This document shows, in pieces, positions 10,898 to 20,587 of a stretch of 50,405 bases of DNA. The stretch is taken from assembly GCA_045542035.1 (NCBI GenBank), contig JAZQKG010000089.1, forward strand, positions 1 to 50,405, given 5' to 3'. The notes beneath the pieces are model-generated. The model was not told where the DNA came from and made no database searches. It saw only the letters and a list, made by a program, of their open reading frames with translations. Origin of the DNA: Eubacteriales bacterium (GTDB lineage: Bacteria > Bacillota > Clostridia > Oscillospirales > CAG-272). Position 1 is the first letter of the stretch. Each line of letters begins with the position of its first letter. Both the position numbers and the translations under genes were made by a program.

Positions 10898-12412
10898 TTA
10901 TTCTTTGTTCAAAAATTTGTTTTTGCAGTATATTATTGCTTCGCGAAGCTCTGCAGTCGTTTCGTCTGTGAGCGCACCCGTGTCACGTATTGACGAAAGC
11001 AATTCTTCTTTTGTGGCAACGAGGTATTCAAAAAGCTCCTCTTCAAAGCTGTGAATATCTTCTATCTCTATTTCTTTAAGAAGATTGTTTACAACAGCGA
11101 ATATTATAGCTACCTGAAGCTCTACCGCAATGGGAGAGTTTCTGTCCTGCTTCAATACTTCGACGATTCTCTGGCCCTGGTCAAGTCTTGCTTTCGTGTC
11201 TGCGTCAAGGTCCGAGCCGAACTGCGCAAATCCCTGAAGCTCTCTGTACTGAGAGTAGAGGAGCTTAAGAGTTCCGGCAACCTTTTTCATAGCTTTTATC
11301 TGCGCGTTTCCTCCGACACGGGATACAGAGATTCCGGGGTTAACCGCAGGGCGTACGCCCGAATGGAAAAGCTCTGTCTCAAGGAATATCTGTCCGTCGG
11401 TAATAGAAATTACGTTGGTCGGAATATAAGCCGAAACGTCTCCCGCCTGAGTCTCAATTATAGGAAGAGCGGTAAGAGAACCTCCTCCGTATTCCGGGGC
11501 AAGTCTCGCTGCGCGTTCAAGAAGTCTTGAGTGAAGGTAGAATACGTCTCCGGGATAAGCCTCTCTGCCCGGCGGGCGTCTTATAAGAAGGGAAAGGGCG
11601 CGGTATGCGACGGCGTGCTTTGAAAGGTCGTCGTAAACGATAAGCACGTCGCGTCCCTTATCCATAAAGTATTCGCCCATAGCGCATCCGGAGTACGGAG
11701 CTATATATTGAAGGGGCGCAGACTCTGACGCGGTTGCCGAAACGACAATGGTGTAATCCATAGCGCCGTTTTTGTAAAGGGTATCAACTACGTTTGTAAC
11801 CGTCGACTGCTTCTGACCTATAGCGACGTATATGCATATAACGTTTTTGCCTTTTTGATTTATAATAGTGTCGGTTGCTATAACCGTTTTACCGGTCTGT
11901 CTGTCTCCGATTATAAGCTCTCTCTGTCCTCTTCCGATAGGAATCATAGAGTCGATAGCTTTAATACCTGTCTGAAGCGGAACCGAAACCGATTTTCTTT
12001 CTATAATGCCGTAGGCGCGTCTTTCGATAGGACTGTACTCCGCAGCTTCGATAGGTCCTTTTGCGTCTATAGGCTGACCGAGGGCGTTGACGACTCTTCC
12101 AATCATAGCCTCACCGACAGGAACCGAAACGACGCGGCCAGTGCGCTTAACAAGGCTGCCCTCGCTTATTCCTACGTCGTTACCGAGAAGAACGGCGCTG
12201 ACAAAGGTTTCTTCAAGGTTAAGAGCCATACCGAACGTTCCGTTTGAAAATTCAAGCAGCTCGTTTGCCTTGCACTTATCAAGTCCGTGAACCTTTGAAA
12301 TACCGTCGCCGACAGAGATAACGTAGCCTATCTCATCCTGCTCGGTTTTCTTCGAGTAGTTCTTTATTTGTTCTTTGATTATCTTACTGATATCATCAAT
12401 TCTGGACTGCAT
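10898..12412 (-). CDS. atpA: ATP synthase F1 alpha
   Basis: [32 protein letters not shown]. Confidence 0.99.
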   Translation of the reverse strand: MQSRIDDISKIIKEQIKNYSKKTEQDEIGYVISVGDGISKVHGLDKCKANELLEFSNGTFGMALNLEETFVSAVLLGNDVGISEGSLVKRTGRVVSVPVGEAMIGRVVNALGQPIDAKGPIEAAEYSPIERRAYGIIERKSVSVPLQTGIKAIDSMIPIGRGQRELIIGDRQTGKTVIATDTIINQKGKNVICIYVAIGQKQSTVTNVVDTLYKNGAMDYTIVVSATASESAPLQYIAPYSGCAMGEYFMDKGRDVLIVYDDLSKHAVAYRALSLLIRRPPGREAYPGDVFYLHSRLLERAARLAPEYGGGSLTALPIIETQAGDVSAYIPTNVISITDGQIFLETELFHSGVRPAVNPGISVSRVGGNAQIKAMKKVAGTLKLLYSQYRELQGFAQFGSDLDADTKARLDQGQRIVEVLKQDRNSPIAVELQVAIIFAVVNNLLKEIEIEDIHSFEEELFEYLVATKEELLSSIRDTGALTDETTAELREAIIYCKNKFLNKE

Positions 12413-12422
12413 TTTATCACCG

Positions 12423-12965
12423 TTAAATTACTGTATTTTTTAGGCCTTCTTCAAATTTGTCAAGCCTTGTCTTAACCGATCCGTCAATCTGAATTCCCGA
12501 ATATCTGATTTTCACTCCTCCGAGAATCTTCGGATCAACCGTATTTTTGATTATTATTCGCTTGCCCGTAATTTTAGCAAGCTTTGCTTTCATTGCGTCA
12601 AGCTGACTCTGCGTCATAGCGATAGCGGTAACAGCCTCAACGTGTTCTATCCCGCGCGACTCGTCATACAAAGCAAAATAGGTTTTCGCAACCTCGGAAA
12701 AAGAAAACACAGAGCGCCTTTCGCATAAAATCTTGATAAGATTTCTAACGCTTTCACAAAGAGGGTTAAACGCCTCGTCAATAAGCGTAAGCTTTTCTGC
12801 TTTCGTTATTGCCGGAGTGTCAAGCAATTTTACGTATTCCGGATTTTTTGAAAATATTTCGTTTGCGGCTCTGACGTCGTCAAGCGCGGCTTCCGTATTG
12901 CCGCCCTCCTCCGAAAGCATGAAAAGGGCTTTGCCGTATTCATTACTAACAGCCATATCATTCAC
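12423..12965 (-). CDS. atpH: ATP synthase F1 delta
   Basis: [21 protein letters not shown]; operon position. Start could be 12956. Confidence 0.95.
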   Translation of the reverse strand: MNDMAVSNEYGKALFMLSEEGGNTEAALDDVRAANEIFSKNPEYVKLLDTPAITKAEKLTLIDEAFNPLCESVRNLIKILCERRSVFSFSEVAKTYFALYDESRGIEHVEAVTAIAMTQSQLDAMKAKLAKITGKRIIIKNTVDPKILGGVKIRYSGIQIDGSVKTRLDKFEEGLKNTVI

Positions 12966-13476
12966 CTATTTGGTTTATAAACTCGTCAATGAGGTCTTTA
13001 TGCTCGTCGTTTTTCACGTCGCGCTCAATTACAGCTGCCGCAATGCTTATCGCCATATCGGAAACCTCGTTTTTGACTTCGTTTATGGCTCTCTTCTTTT
13101 CGAGTTCAACCTGCTCGGTTGCGCGTTCAAGCGTTCTTTGCGCCTTCACGTTTGCTTCTGCAAGTATTTCTTCTTCCTTAAGCTGAGCCTTGCGCACCGC
13201 TTTTTTAAGAATTTCTTCGCTTTCCTCGTTCGCGCGCTCAAGCTTCTCCTCGTATTCCGCCTTGAGAGTCGCGGCTGACGCGCGCGAATTCTCAGCGTCC
13301 GAATACATATCGTCTATTTCCTTCTGCCTCGAATCTATCATATTCTTGATAGGCTTGAAAAGCAGCTTTTTAAGAAACAGATAAAGAACGAGAAGGTTGC
13401 ACCAAGCGAAAATCATCGTCCAGAAGTTTACGCCTACAAACGCCTCGAATTTATCTAAAAAAACTTCTATTCCCAT
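12958..13476 (-). CDS. atpF: ATP synthase F0 subunit b
   Basis: N-terminal TM, then KPIKNMIDSRQKEI and a long coiled coil. Confidence 0.95.
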   Translation of the reverse strand: MGIEVFLDKFEAFVGVNFWTMIFAWCNLLVLYLFLKKLLFKPIKNMIDSRQKEIDDMYSDAENSRASAATLKAEYEEKLERANEESEEILKKAVRKAQLKEEEILAEANVKAQRTLERATEQVELEKKRAINEVKNEVSDMAISIAAAVIERDVKNDEHKDLIDEFINQIGE

Positions 13477-13502
13477 GAAATGTGGTTGGCCTTTCTTTAT
13501 TC

Positions 13503-13757
13503 TTACTTAATGTTCATAAACATAAGAAGAAGCGAGATAACGAGAGAGTAGATACCTGTTGTCTCGGTAATAGCGCATCCGAGAATCATATTGGTACGAA
13601 GATTGCCTGCCGTTTCGGGATTTCTTGCCATACCCTCAAGAGCCTTTCCTACCGCATTACCTTCTCCGATAGCGGGACCGATAGCGCCAAGACCCATACA
13701 AAGACCTGCGCCAAGCGCTCTTGCAGCAGCAACTATTGAACCTGTTAAACCTTCCAT
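13503..13757 (-). CDS. atpE: ATP synthase F0 subunit c (Na+-type signature)
   Basis: GAIGPAIGEG, ARNPE loop, ITETTGIY. Confidence 0.97.
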   Translation of the reverse strand: MEGLTGSIVAAARALGAGLCMGLGAIGPAIGEGNAVGKALEGMARNPETAGNLRTNMILGCAITETTGIYSLVISLLLMFMNIK

Positions 13758-13801
13758 TTTTCAAATCCTCCTAAAAGTATATTATATATTTTTTTATAAA
13801 A

Positions 13802-14572
13802 TTAATTATTATTTTCCGAATCCGAACTTTCTTTGGGTGGGGGGCATGCGCCTCCAACGTAAACCATCGTAAGAAGAGAGAATACGAGCGCCTGAACAAA
13901 TCCCGAGAACAGGTCGAAATACACAGAAAGAAATGCGGGAATACCGACCTGCATAAACGGAATATTTCCGATTATACCGGGTATCCAGCCGAATATTAGA
14001 TTTGATACGAGCGCAAGCGCCGCATAAACGAGAGAAGTAAGAACAGAGCCGCCGGCAACGTTACCGAAGTGACGGAATGCCATTGATATCGGCTGAGCAA
14101 TCTCACTGACAATATTCATAGGCGTCATTACGACTATTGGCTCGGTAAAACCTTTAAGCCATGCTCTAAAACCAAAATTTTTAATATTGTTGTACCACAC
14201 CATAACCGAAGTTATGAGCGCCCACGCAAGCGTTACCGAAAGGTCTGCCGTTACGGAGCGGAATATCTGAGTCATTCCTATAAGCGTTCCGATAATTGAA
14301 GAAAGGAAAAGCGTTCCTATATATGGAGCAAATTTTAAATTATGCTTTCCCATCGTGTCTTCAACGAGATTATATAGCATTGTAACGAGCTTTTCCACGA
14401 CTACCTGAAAACGTCCGGGACGCTTGGTTATTTTCTTGCTTATTACAACGCTTGCAATTATCAGAATCAGCGTAACTGCAAGAAGCGAAAGCATCGTTTG
14501 CGTAACGTTAATATCAAACCAAGGCGTATGAATTACAAAATATACTTTAGGGCCGTTTACGGATAAATCCAT
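13802..14572 (-). CDS. atpB: ATP synthase F0 subunit a
   Basis: TADLSVT, PISMAFRHFGNVAGG, FSGFVQALVFSLLT. Confidence 0.96.
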   Translation of the reverse strand: MDLSVNGPKVYFVIHTPWFDINVTQTMLSLLAVTLILIIASVVISKKITKRPGRFQVVVEKLVTMLYNLVEDTMGKHNLKFAPYIGTLFLSSIIGTLIGMTQIFRSVTADLSVTLAWALITSVMVWYNNIKNFGFRAWLKGFTEPIVVMTPMNIVSEIAQPISMAFRHFGNVAGGSVLTSLVYAALALVSNLIFGWIPGIIGNIPFMQVGIPAFLSVYFDLFSGFVQALVFSLLTMVYVGGACPPPKESSDSENNN

Positions 14573-15030
14573 TATTCATCACCTTTCCTGAACTTTTGTC
14601 TTATAAGAGATTCCACAGTTATTATGGGGCGGAGCATAAGAAGCGGAACGAGAGTTGCGATAACGTCGAACCATTTAAGTACGAACGCAATGATAAGCGC
14701 GGCAAGCATCGTAAGAGTCCGTATAATAAACGAGACCTTAACGGCGTTTTGAAGGCTTGCCCCGTGCTCAGCGGCAAATTTTTCCGCCTCCTCGTCATCC
14801 ATTTCCTTCGTTCCGCGGGCTTCTACGGCTCTGTCAAACGCGCGGCTTGTTGATATCGCGAGAAATAAAAAGTTAAGCACTGTAACCGCAGTACCGAGCG
14901 AGACTCCCGTTATTACTTTGTACGAAAATTTGTTAATTATCAAATAAACGCCGCATACAATAAGCGAAACTATTATTTCTCCAATCAAGATAAAAGATGT
15001 TTCATAGAGCGGCAAATTCTTATTTTTCAT
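14572..15030 (-). CDS. atpI: ATP synthase subunit I-like membrane protein
   Basis: Four TMs, directly upstream of atpB with a 1-nt overlap. Confidence 0.75.
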   Translation of the reverse strand: MKNKNLPLYETSFILIGEIIVSLIVCGVYLIINKFSYKVITGVSLGTAVTVLNFLFLAISTSRAFDRAVEARGTKEMDDEEAEKFAAEHGASLQNAVKVSFIIRTLTMLAALIIAFVLKWFDVIATLVPLLMLRPIITVESLIRQKFRKGDE

Positions 15031-15301
15031 TAGTTTTGTTTCCTGTTTTCGTGTCTTTTTCTTTCTGCTTTTCGAGCCGTTCGAGATTTTCTGACGCGCT
15101 TATCGCAAACCTGACCATTGAAATAAGTCCGATTAAAACCCCAACCGCTATAAATATTGCGTATAACCATTCCGGAGCGCCGACTCGCTTAACTAAAAGC
15201 CAGCAAATAGCGAAAAGAAGCGCAGCCGGAGTTAAAAGGCTGAATATAGCCTGTGACATAATATTCAACCCATACATAAATCCAAAAAACTTTTTGTGCA
15301 T
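15020..15301 (-). CDS. AtpZ/AtpI-family small membrane protein (first gene of atp operon)
   Basis: Two TMs with a charged tail; overlaps atpI. Confidence 0.7.
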   Translation of the reverse strand: MHKKFFGFMYGLNIMSQAIFSLLTPAALLFAICWLLVKRVGAPEWLYAIFIAVGVLIGLISMVRFAISASENLERLEKQKEKDTKTGNKTNEK

Positions 15302-15338
15302 TTCGAACCTTAAATCCAGATAAATATCATTAAATATT

Positions 15339-15367
15339 ATAATACCACAAAATCACTCGTAAATCAA
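15339..15367 (-). promoter_or_regulatory. atp operon promoter
   Basis: TTGATT-N17-TATTAT with extended TG. Confidence 0.55.
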
Positions 15368-15469
15368 TACTTTAGATAAAAGTTAATAATTTATTAGGTA
15401 AACCTAAAATTTATCATAACGGAACAGCTGGGGAAGTTGAGTAGCTCTTTAACGGTATAACGTTTTGAT

Positions 15470-15509
15470 AAAAAATGCCCTTGAGATAAAATGTCCTCAG
15501 GGCGTTTTT
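15470..15509 (-). terminator. Terminator of the nucleoside salvage operon
   Basis: AAAAATGCCCT...AGGGCGTTTTT inverted repeat just after the pdp stop. Confidence 0.7.
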
Positions 15510-15513
15510 CTTG

Positions 15514-16818
15514 TTATTCAATAATAGTTTTATAGATTAATTTTGATTTTTCAGGCTTTTTATCGGTGAAAGAAAGCGCACGTAGAAACAGCTTTTTCGC
15601 TTCCTTTAAAGAGTTCTTATCGTTTGTAAAGAGCGTCGCGAGAACGTCACCCTCGACAATTTTGTCGCCTGCCTTTTTATTAAGAACTATACCTGCAGTG
15701 TAGTCTATTTTATCTTCTTTCGTTTTTCTTCCCGCGCCAAGCTCCATAGCGCAAAGACCTATTGCTTCCGCGTCCATACTTGATATATACCCGTTTCGCT
15801 CGGCGATGATTTTATGCTCAAACGATGACTTTGGGAATAGGTCGGTATTGTCTATCAGACTTACGTCTCCTCCTTGAGCAGAAATCCACTCCTTGAATTT
15901 CAGAAGGGCGGCGCCGCTTGTGAGCGCTTGCTTAGCTTTTTCTTTCGCTTGTTCGAATGAAATTGACAGAGAAAGCGATGCCATGGCTGCGGCAAGGGAT
16001 ATGCATATTTCGGCAAGGTCCGACGGACCTTCTCCCTTAAGCGTTGCGATAGCTTCCTTTACCTCAAGAATATTTCCAATGCCGTACCCCAGAGGGATAT
16101 CCATATTCGTTATCAGAGCTGCGGTCCTTCTTCCGCACATTTTACCGATGCTGACCATATTTAAAGCAAGCATCTCGGCATCCTCTGGTGTTTTTACAAA
16201 CGCTCCGGAACCGCATTTGACGTCAAGCACAATAGAGTGAGCTCCCGAGGGAAGCTTTTTTCCCATTATTGATGACGTGATAAGAGGGATTGAATCGACA
16301 GTTGCGGTTACGTCACGCAAGGCGTAAAGCTTTTTATCTGCCGGAGCAAGATTTCCGCTTTGGCTTATAACGGCAACACCTATATCTCTGATCTGTTTTT
16401 GAAAAGCATCTTTTGATATATCAACTTTATATCCGGGAAACGATTCAAGCTTATCAATAGTTCCGCCTGTGTGACCGAGACCTCTTCCGCTCATTTTAGC
16501 TACTTTGCATCCAAGAGTAGCCGCAAGCGGAGCAACGATAAGAGTTGTCTTATCTCCGACTCCTCCGGTTGAATGCTTATCAGCCGATAAATTTCCAAAT
16601 TCGGAAAGGTCTACGAAATCACCGGAATTTGCGATAGCGTCCGTAAGAATATAGGTTTCCTCTTTGTTCATACCGTTAAGGCATATTGCCATCAGAAGCG
16701 CCGATACTTGATAGTCGGGAATCTTGCCTGCGGTGTATTCTGAAATGAAGAACCTAATCTCGTCTTCTGTGAGAGTCTCGCTCCTTTTTTTCTTGTTGAT
16801 TAAATCGTACATTCTCAT
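15514..16818 (-). CDS. pdp: Pyrimidine-nucleoside (thymidine) phosphorylase
   Basis: DKHSTGGVGDK, KMSGRGLGHTGGTIDKLES, LYALRDVTATV. Confidence 0.96.
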   Translation of the reverse strand: MRMYDLINKKKRSETLTEDEIRFFISEYTAGKIPDYQVSALLMAICLNGMNKEETYILTDAIANSGDFVDLSEFGNLSADKHSTGGVGDKTTLIVAPLAATLGCKVAKMSGRGLGHTGGTIDKLESFPGYKVDISKDAFQKQIRDIGVAVISQSGNLAPADKKLYALRDVTATVDSIPLITSSIMGKKLPSGAHSIVLDVKCGSGAFVKTPEDAEMLALNMVSIGKMCGRRTAALITNMDIPLGYGIGNILEVKEAIATLKGEGPSDLAEICISLAAAMASLSLSISFEQAKEKAKQALTSGAALLKFKEWISAQGGDVSLIDNTDLFPKSSFEHKIIAERNGYISSMDAEAIGLCAMELGAGRKTKEDKIDYTAGIVLNKKAGDKIVEGDVLATLFTNDKNSLKEAKKLFLRALSFTDKKPEKSKLIYKTIIE

Positions 16819-17225
16819 TTTAAATAATCCTCATTGAAACTGTATGGCAAAAGCTCGGAAAATGAAATTTCACGCTCTTTTGAGAGAATAATTCTGAAAT
16901 CCGGGGAGCAGAATTCTGCCATAACCTGCCTGCAAACTCCGCACGGCGGGAATAATTCTTTAGGAGCTTCTCCGCTCGTGCCGCCCGCTACGGCAATTGC
17001 TTCAAATTCCCGCACTCCCGCATTTATCGCAGAGAAAAAAGCGACTCTTTCAGCGCATACAGAGGGGGAGTAAGCCGAGTTTTCAATATTTGCTCCCGTA
17101 TATATCTTTCCGGATTTTGACAATAAAGCAGCTCCGACAGAAATTTTGGAATATGGAGAGTATGAGTTTTCTCTTGCGGCACACGCCGTATTATAGAGCT
17201 CTTTTTTTGATACCGTCTTTTTCAT
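16815..17225 (-). CDS. cdd: Cytidine deaminase
   Basis: YSPYS, GANIEN, CAER, PCGVCRQ. Confidence 0.96.
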   Translation of the reverse strand: MKKTVSKKELYNTACAARENSYSPYSKISVGAALLSKSGKIYTGANIENSAYSPSVCAERVAFFSAINAGVREFEAIAVAGGTSGEAPKELFPPCGVCRQVMAEFCSPDFRIILSKEREISFSELLPYSFNEDYLK

Positions 17226-18388
17226 TTCAATATGTCCTTGCTTATAATTTCACACGCATCGGGAGTAAAGCTCACGCCAAGCATATCGCATACGGCGCCT
17301 GCTACCGTGCCAAAGCATTCCTTGGTTCCAAGATTAAGCGGCTTAATTCCATTGCCAAAGATTAGGAGCGGAGTGTATTCTCTCGTATGGTCGGTGGAAT
17401 TATCGGACGGATCGCATCCGTGGTCTGCGGTGATGATAAGAACGTCATCATCGCTCATTTTCTCTGTAAATTCTCCAAGCCAAGCGTCAAATTCGTTTAG
17501 CGCGTGAGCATAGCCTATGGCATTCTGTCTGTGACCGTAGCTTGAGTCAAAGTCGACGAGATTTATGAAGGCGAGTCCCGAAAAATCCTTCTCTATAAGC
17601 TCTGACGTTATCTTCATTCCATCTGTGTTACCGTGAGAAACAATTGCTTCCGTAATACCGCATCCCGCAAAAATATCTCTTATTTTTCCGACGGAAATAA
17701 CGTCAAGCCCAGAGTCTTTAATAGCATCAAGCATGGTTCTTTTCGGTGGCTCGATAGAAAAGTCGCGTCTGTTTGCAGTTCTTACGTAGTTGCCCTCATT
17801 TCCAATAAAGGGACGCGCGATAACTCTGCCTACCGAATGCTCACCGACGAGTATTTTTCTGGCAATGCGGCAAATCTCATAGAGCTTTTCCGGCGGAACA
17901 GTTTCTTCGTGAGCGGCTATTTGAAAAACGCTGTCCGCGGAAGTGTAAACAATAAGGTCACCGCTGCTTTCGTGAATAGCACCGTAATCTTTTATAACCT
18001 CCGTTCCCGAATAGGGTTTGTTACAAAGGACCTTTTTGCCGGTTGCTTTTGTAAATGCATCTATTATTTCTTTAGGAAATCCGTCTGGGTATGTTTTTAA
18101 GGAACTTTTTGAAACAATACCTGCAATTTCCCAATGACCGATAGTGGTATCTTTTCCCGCGCTTAGCTCACGAAGTCTGCCGAAAGCAGCGAGTGGGGAA
18201 TTCGTTTTTGTTATGAAATCGATCCCGTCAATATTGCCAAGCCCCATTTTTTCAAGATTCGGAAGATTTAAAAGACCTGTATTATATACGCTCCTTAACG
18301 TGTTTGCTCCTTCGTCTTCAAAGCTTTTTGCATCCGGAGCTTCACCGATTCCAAGTGAATCAAGTATTATCAAAAATATTCTTTTCAT
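17222..18388 (-). CDS. deoB: Phosphopentomutase
   Basis: LDSLGIG, GKDTTIGHWE, YTSADSVFQIAAHE, TADHGCDP. Confidence 0.97.
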   Translation of the reverse strand: MKRIFLIILDSLGIGEAPDAKSFEDEGANTLRSVYNTGLLNLPNLEKMGLGNIDGIDFITKTNSPLAAFGRLRELSAGKDTTIGHWEIAGIVSKSSLKTYPDGFPKEIIDAFTKATGKKVLCNKPYSGTEVIKDYGAIHESSGDLIVYTSADSVFQIAAHEETVPPEKLYEICRIARKILVGEHSVGRVIARPFIGNEGNYVRTANRRDFSIEPPKRTMLDAIKDSGLDVISVGKIRDIFAGCGITEAIVSHGNTDGMKITSELIEKDFSGLAFINLVDFDSSYGHRQNAIGYAHALNEFDAWLGEFTEKMSDDDVLIITADHGCDPSDNSTDHTREYTPLLIFGNGIKPLNLGTKECFGTVAGAVCDMLGVSFTPDACEIISKDILK

Positions 18389-18407
18389 ATCTTTTAACCG
18401 TTTTAAA

Positions 18408-19130
18408 TTAAAGTCTTATGGCGGTGTTTAACGCAATTTCCATCATTTCGGTGAATGAGTTTTGTCTTGCTTCAGCGTCAAGCGATTCACCTGTCAAGAG
18501 GTGGTCGGAAACGGTGCATATAGCAAGAGCCGATTTTCCTGCGTAAGCTGCGTTCATATAAAGAGCCGCCGCTTCCATCTCGACTCCGAGAACTCCGAGC
18601 TTTTGCCATTTTTTTTGCGCGTCACTATTCGCGTTATAAAAAATATCTGAGGAGAGAAGATTTCCAACCGCGTATCTTGCGCCTATCTTTTCAGCCTCTT
18701 CAATTGCTGTTTTCATCATTTTATAGTCGGCAATCGGAGCAAACGTTCCCTCGAGATTATACTGAACGGCAAAATTGGTTGTGGTCGAAGCTCCCATGCC
18801 TATAATTATATCGCGAACCTTTACGTTTTCCGACATTGCACCGACAGAACCGATTCTCATTATATTTTCGACTCCGAAGAAATTATAAAGCTCGTATGAG
18901 TATATACCGATAGAAGGCATGCCCATGCCGCTTGCCATAACCGAAACACGCTCACCCTTATAGGTTCCTGTGTAACCCTGTATTCCTCTTACATTGTTTA
19001 TAAGTTTCGCGTTTTCGAGAAAGTTTTTTGCGATAAACTGTGAGCGAAGCGGGTCGCCCGGCATAAGCACGGTTTTCGCAAAATCCTCAGGGGAGGCGTT
19101 TATATGAGGCGTAGGATAATTTTTATTCAT
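18408..19130 (-). CDS. deoD: Purine-nucleoside phosphorylase DeoD type
   Basis: TPHI, MPGDPLR, GMGMPSIGIY, VEMEAAALY. Confidence 0.97.
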   Translation of the reverse strand: MNKNYPTPHINASPEDFAKTVLMPGDPLRSQFIAKNFLENAKLINNVRGIQGYTGTYKGERVSVMASGMGMPSIGIYSYELYNFFGVENIMRIGSVGAMSENVKVRDIIIGMGASTTTNFAVQYNLEGTFAPIADYKMMKTAIEEAEKIGARYAVGNLLSSDIFYNANSDAQKKWQKLGVLGVEMEAAALYMNAAYAGKSALAICTVSDHLLTGESLDAEARQNSFTEMMEIALNTAIRL

Positions 19131-19155
19131 AATAAAGTCCTTTCGTCGATTAAGT

Positions 19156-19821
19156 TTAATAACCGGATCCGTTTTCCTGTTTTGCTATTTTCACAATTCT
19201 GCTTGTGCCAAGCCTTGATGCTCCAAGCTTAATGAAGTTCTCGGCATCCTCAAGAGATGATATGCCGCCCGCGGCTTTGATTTTTACGTTTTTACCCACG
19301 TGCTTTGCGAAAAGTGAAATATCCTCAGCCGTCGCGCCGCCGGTTGAAAAGCCTGTAGACGTTTTAATATAATCAGCGCCCGCACGTGTCACCACGTCGC
19401 ACATTTTTATCTTTTCCTCTTCTGAGAGAAGGCAGGTTTCTATTATTACCTTCAGAACTTTATTTCCGCATGCGGCTTTGAGAATTTTAATTTCGTCGCA
19501 GACGGCATCATAATGTCCTGCTTTTGCTTCTCCAATATTGATAACCATATCTATTTCGTCAGCTCCCGAGGAGAGCGCGTCCTCGGTTTCGAATAGCTTC
19601 GCCTTTGTTGTTGAATATCCGTTAGGAAAGCCTATAACCGTACATATTTTAACTCTTCCGTCTGCATATTTTGAAGCTCTTTTTACAAAGCTTGGAGGAA
19701 TACATACCGAGGCTGTTGAGTATTTTATTCCGTCATCAATAATAGCTTTGATTTCCTCCCAGGTCGCAGTTTGAGAGAGAAGGGTGTGGTCACACACCGA
19801 AAGAATTTCGTTAACGTTCAT
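19156..19821 (-). CDS. deoC: Deoxyribose-phosphate aldolase
   Basis: [33 protein letters not shown]. Start 19821 overlaps the tdk stop (ATGA). Confidence 0.96.
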   Translation of the reverse strand: MNVNEILSVCDHTLLSQTATWEEIKAIIDDGIKYSTASVCIPPSFVKRASKYADGRVKICTVIGFPNGYSTTKAKLFETEDALSSGADEIDMVINIGEAKAGHYDAVCDEIKILKAACGNKVLKVIIETCLLSEEEKIKMCDVVTRAGADYIKTSTGFSTGGATAEDISLFAKHVGKNVKIKAAGGISSLEDAENFIKLGASRLGTSRIVKIAKQENGSGY

Positions 19822-20402
19822 TTTGATTTTTGCTCCTTTATCTTTTTCATCCAACACTTGTGGCACATAGCGAGATAAGTGTCATTGCCGCCAAGGAAGA
19901 CCTGTTCACCCGAGGTAATTACATTTCCGAAACCGTCTATTCTCGCGCTGACGGTTGCTTTTGACCCGCATTCGCAAATCGTCTTGATTTCCGAAAGCGA
20001 ATCCGAAATTTCAAGAAGTCTTTTCGAGCCGGGGAAGAGTCTTGTGAGGAAGTCGGTTCTGAGTCCAAAGCAGAGAACGGGAATATTTAGTTCGTCAACA
20101 ATGAGTCTCAGCTCATCTATTTGCCGTTCGGTGAAAAATTGGCTCTCGTCAGAAATGATAACGTCGATATCATTTAGCTTTTTTGAAAACAGGTCGTAAA
20201 TATTGGTGTTTTTATCTATCGACTCGCATTTTGAAGAAAGACCAATCCTTGAGGTAAGCATATCGCAGCCGTCGCGCGTGTCTGTCGAGGGCTTTATCAG
20301 CCACACCTTCATACCGCGCTCCTCATAATTGAATTTGGTTATCAGCGCTTGAGCTGTTTTTGACGATCCCATAGCGCCGTATTTAAAGTATAATTTAGCC
20401 AT
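19818..20402 (-). CDS. tdk: Thymidine kinase
   Basis: [24 protein letters not shown]...CHKC zinc site. Confidence 0.96.
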   Translation of the reverse strand: MAKLYFKYGAMGSSKTAQALITKFNYEERGMKVWLIKPSTDTRDGCDMLTSRIGLSSKCESIDKNTNIYDLFSKKLNDIDVIISDESQFFTERQIDELRLIVDELNIPVLCFGLRTDFLTRLFPGSKRLLEISDSLSEIKTICECGSKATVSARIDGFGNVITSGEQVFLGGNDTYLAMCHKCWMKKIKEQKSK

Positions 20403-20587
20403 AATTGCTCCAATGATTCATATATTAAAATAAGTATATCATAAATAACAAAAAAATAAAAGGGGAAACAGTGAATTTTATTTATTTTGGTTAATTTTCA
20501 CAAAAAAATCAAATTTCTTTAAAAGGGTGGAAATTTACGAAAAAATGTGTTACAATATACAATATGTTTTGTAAAAGGAGTATGCCG

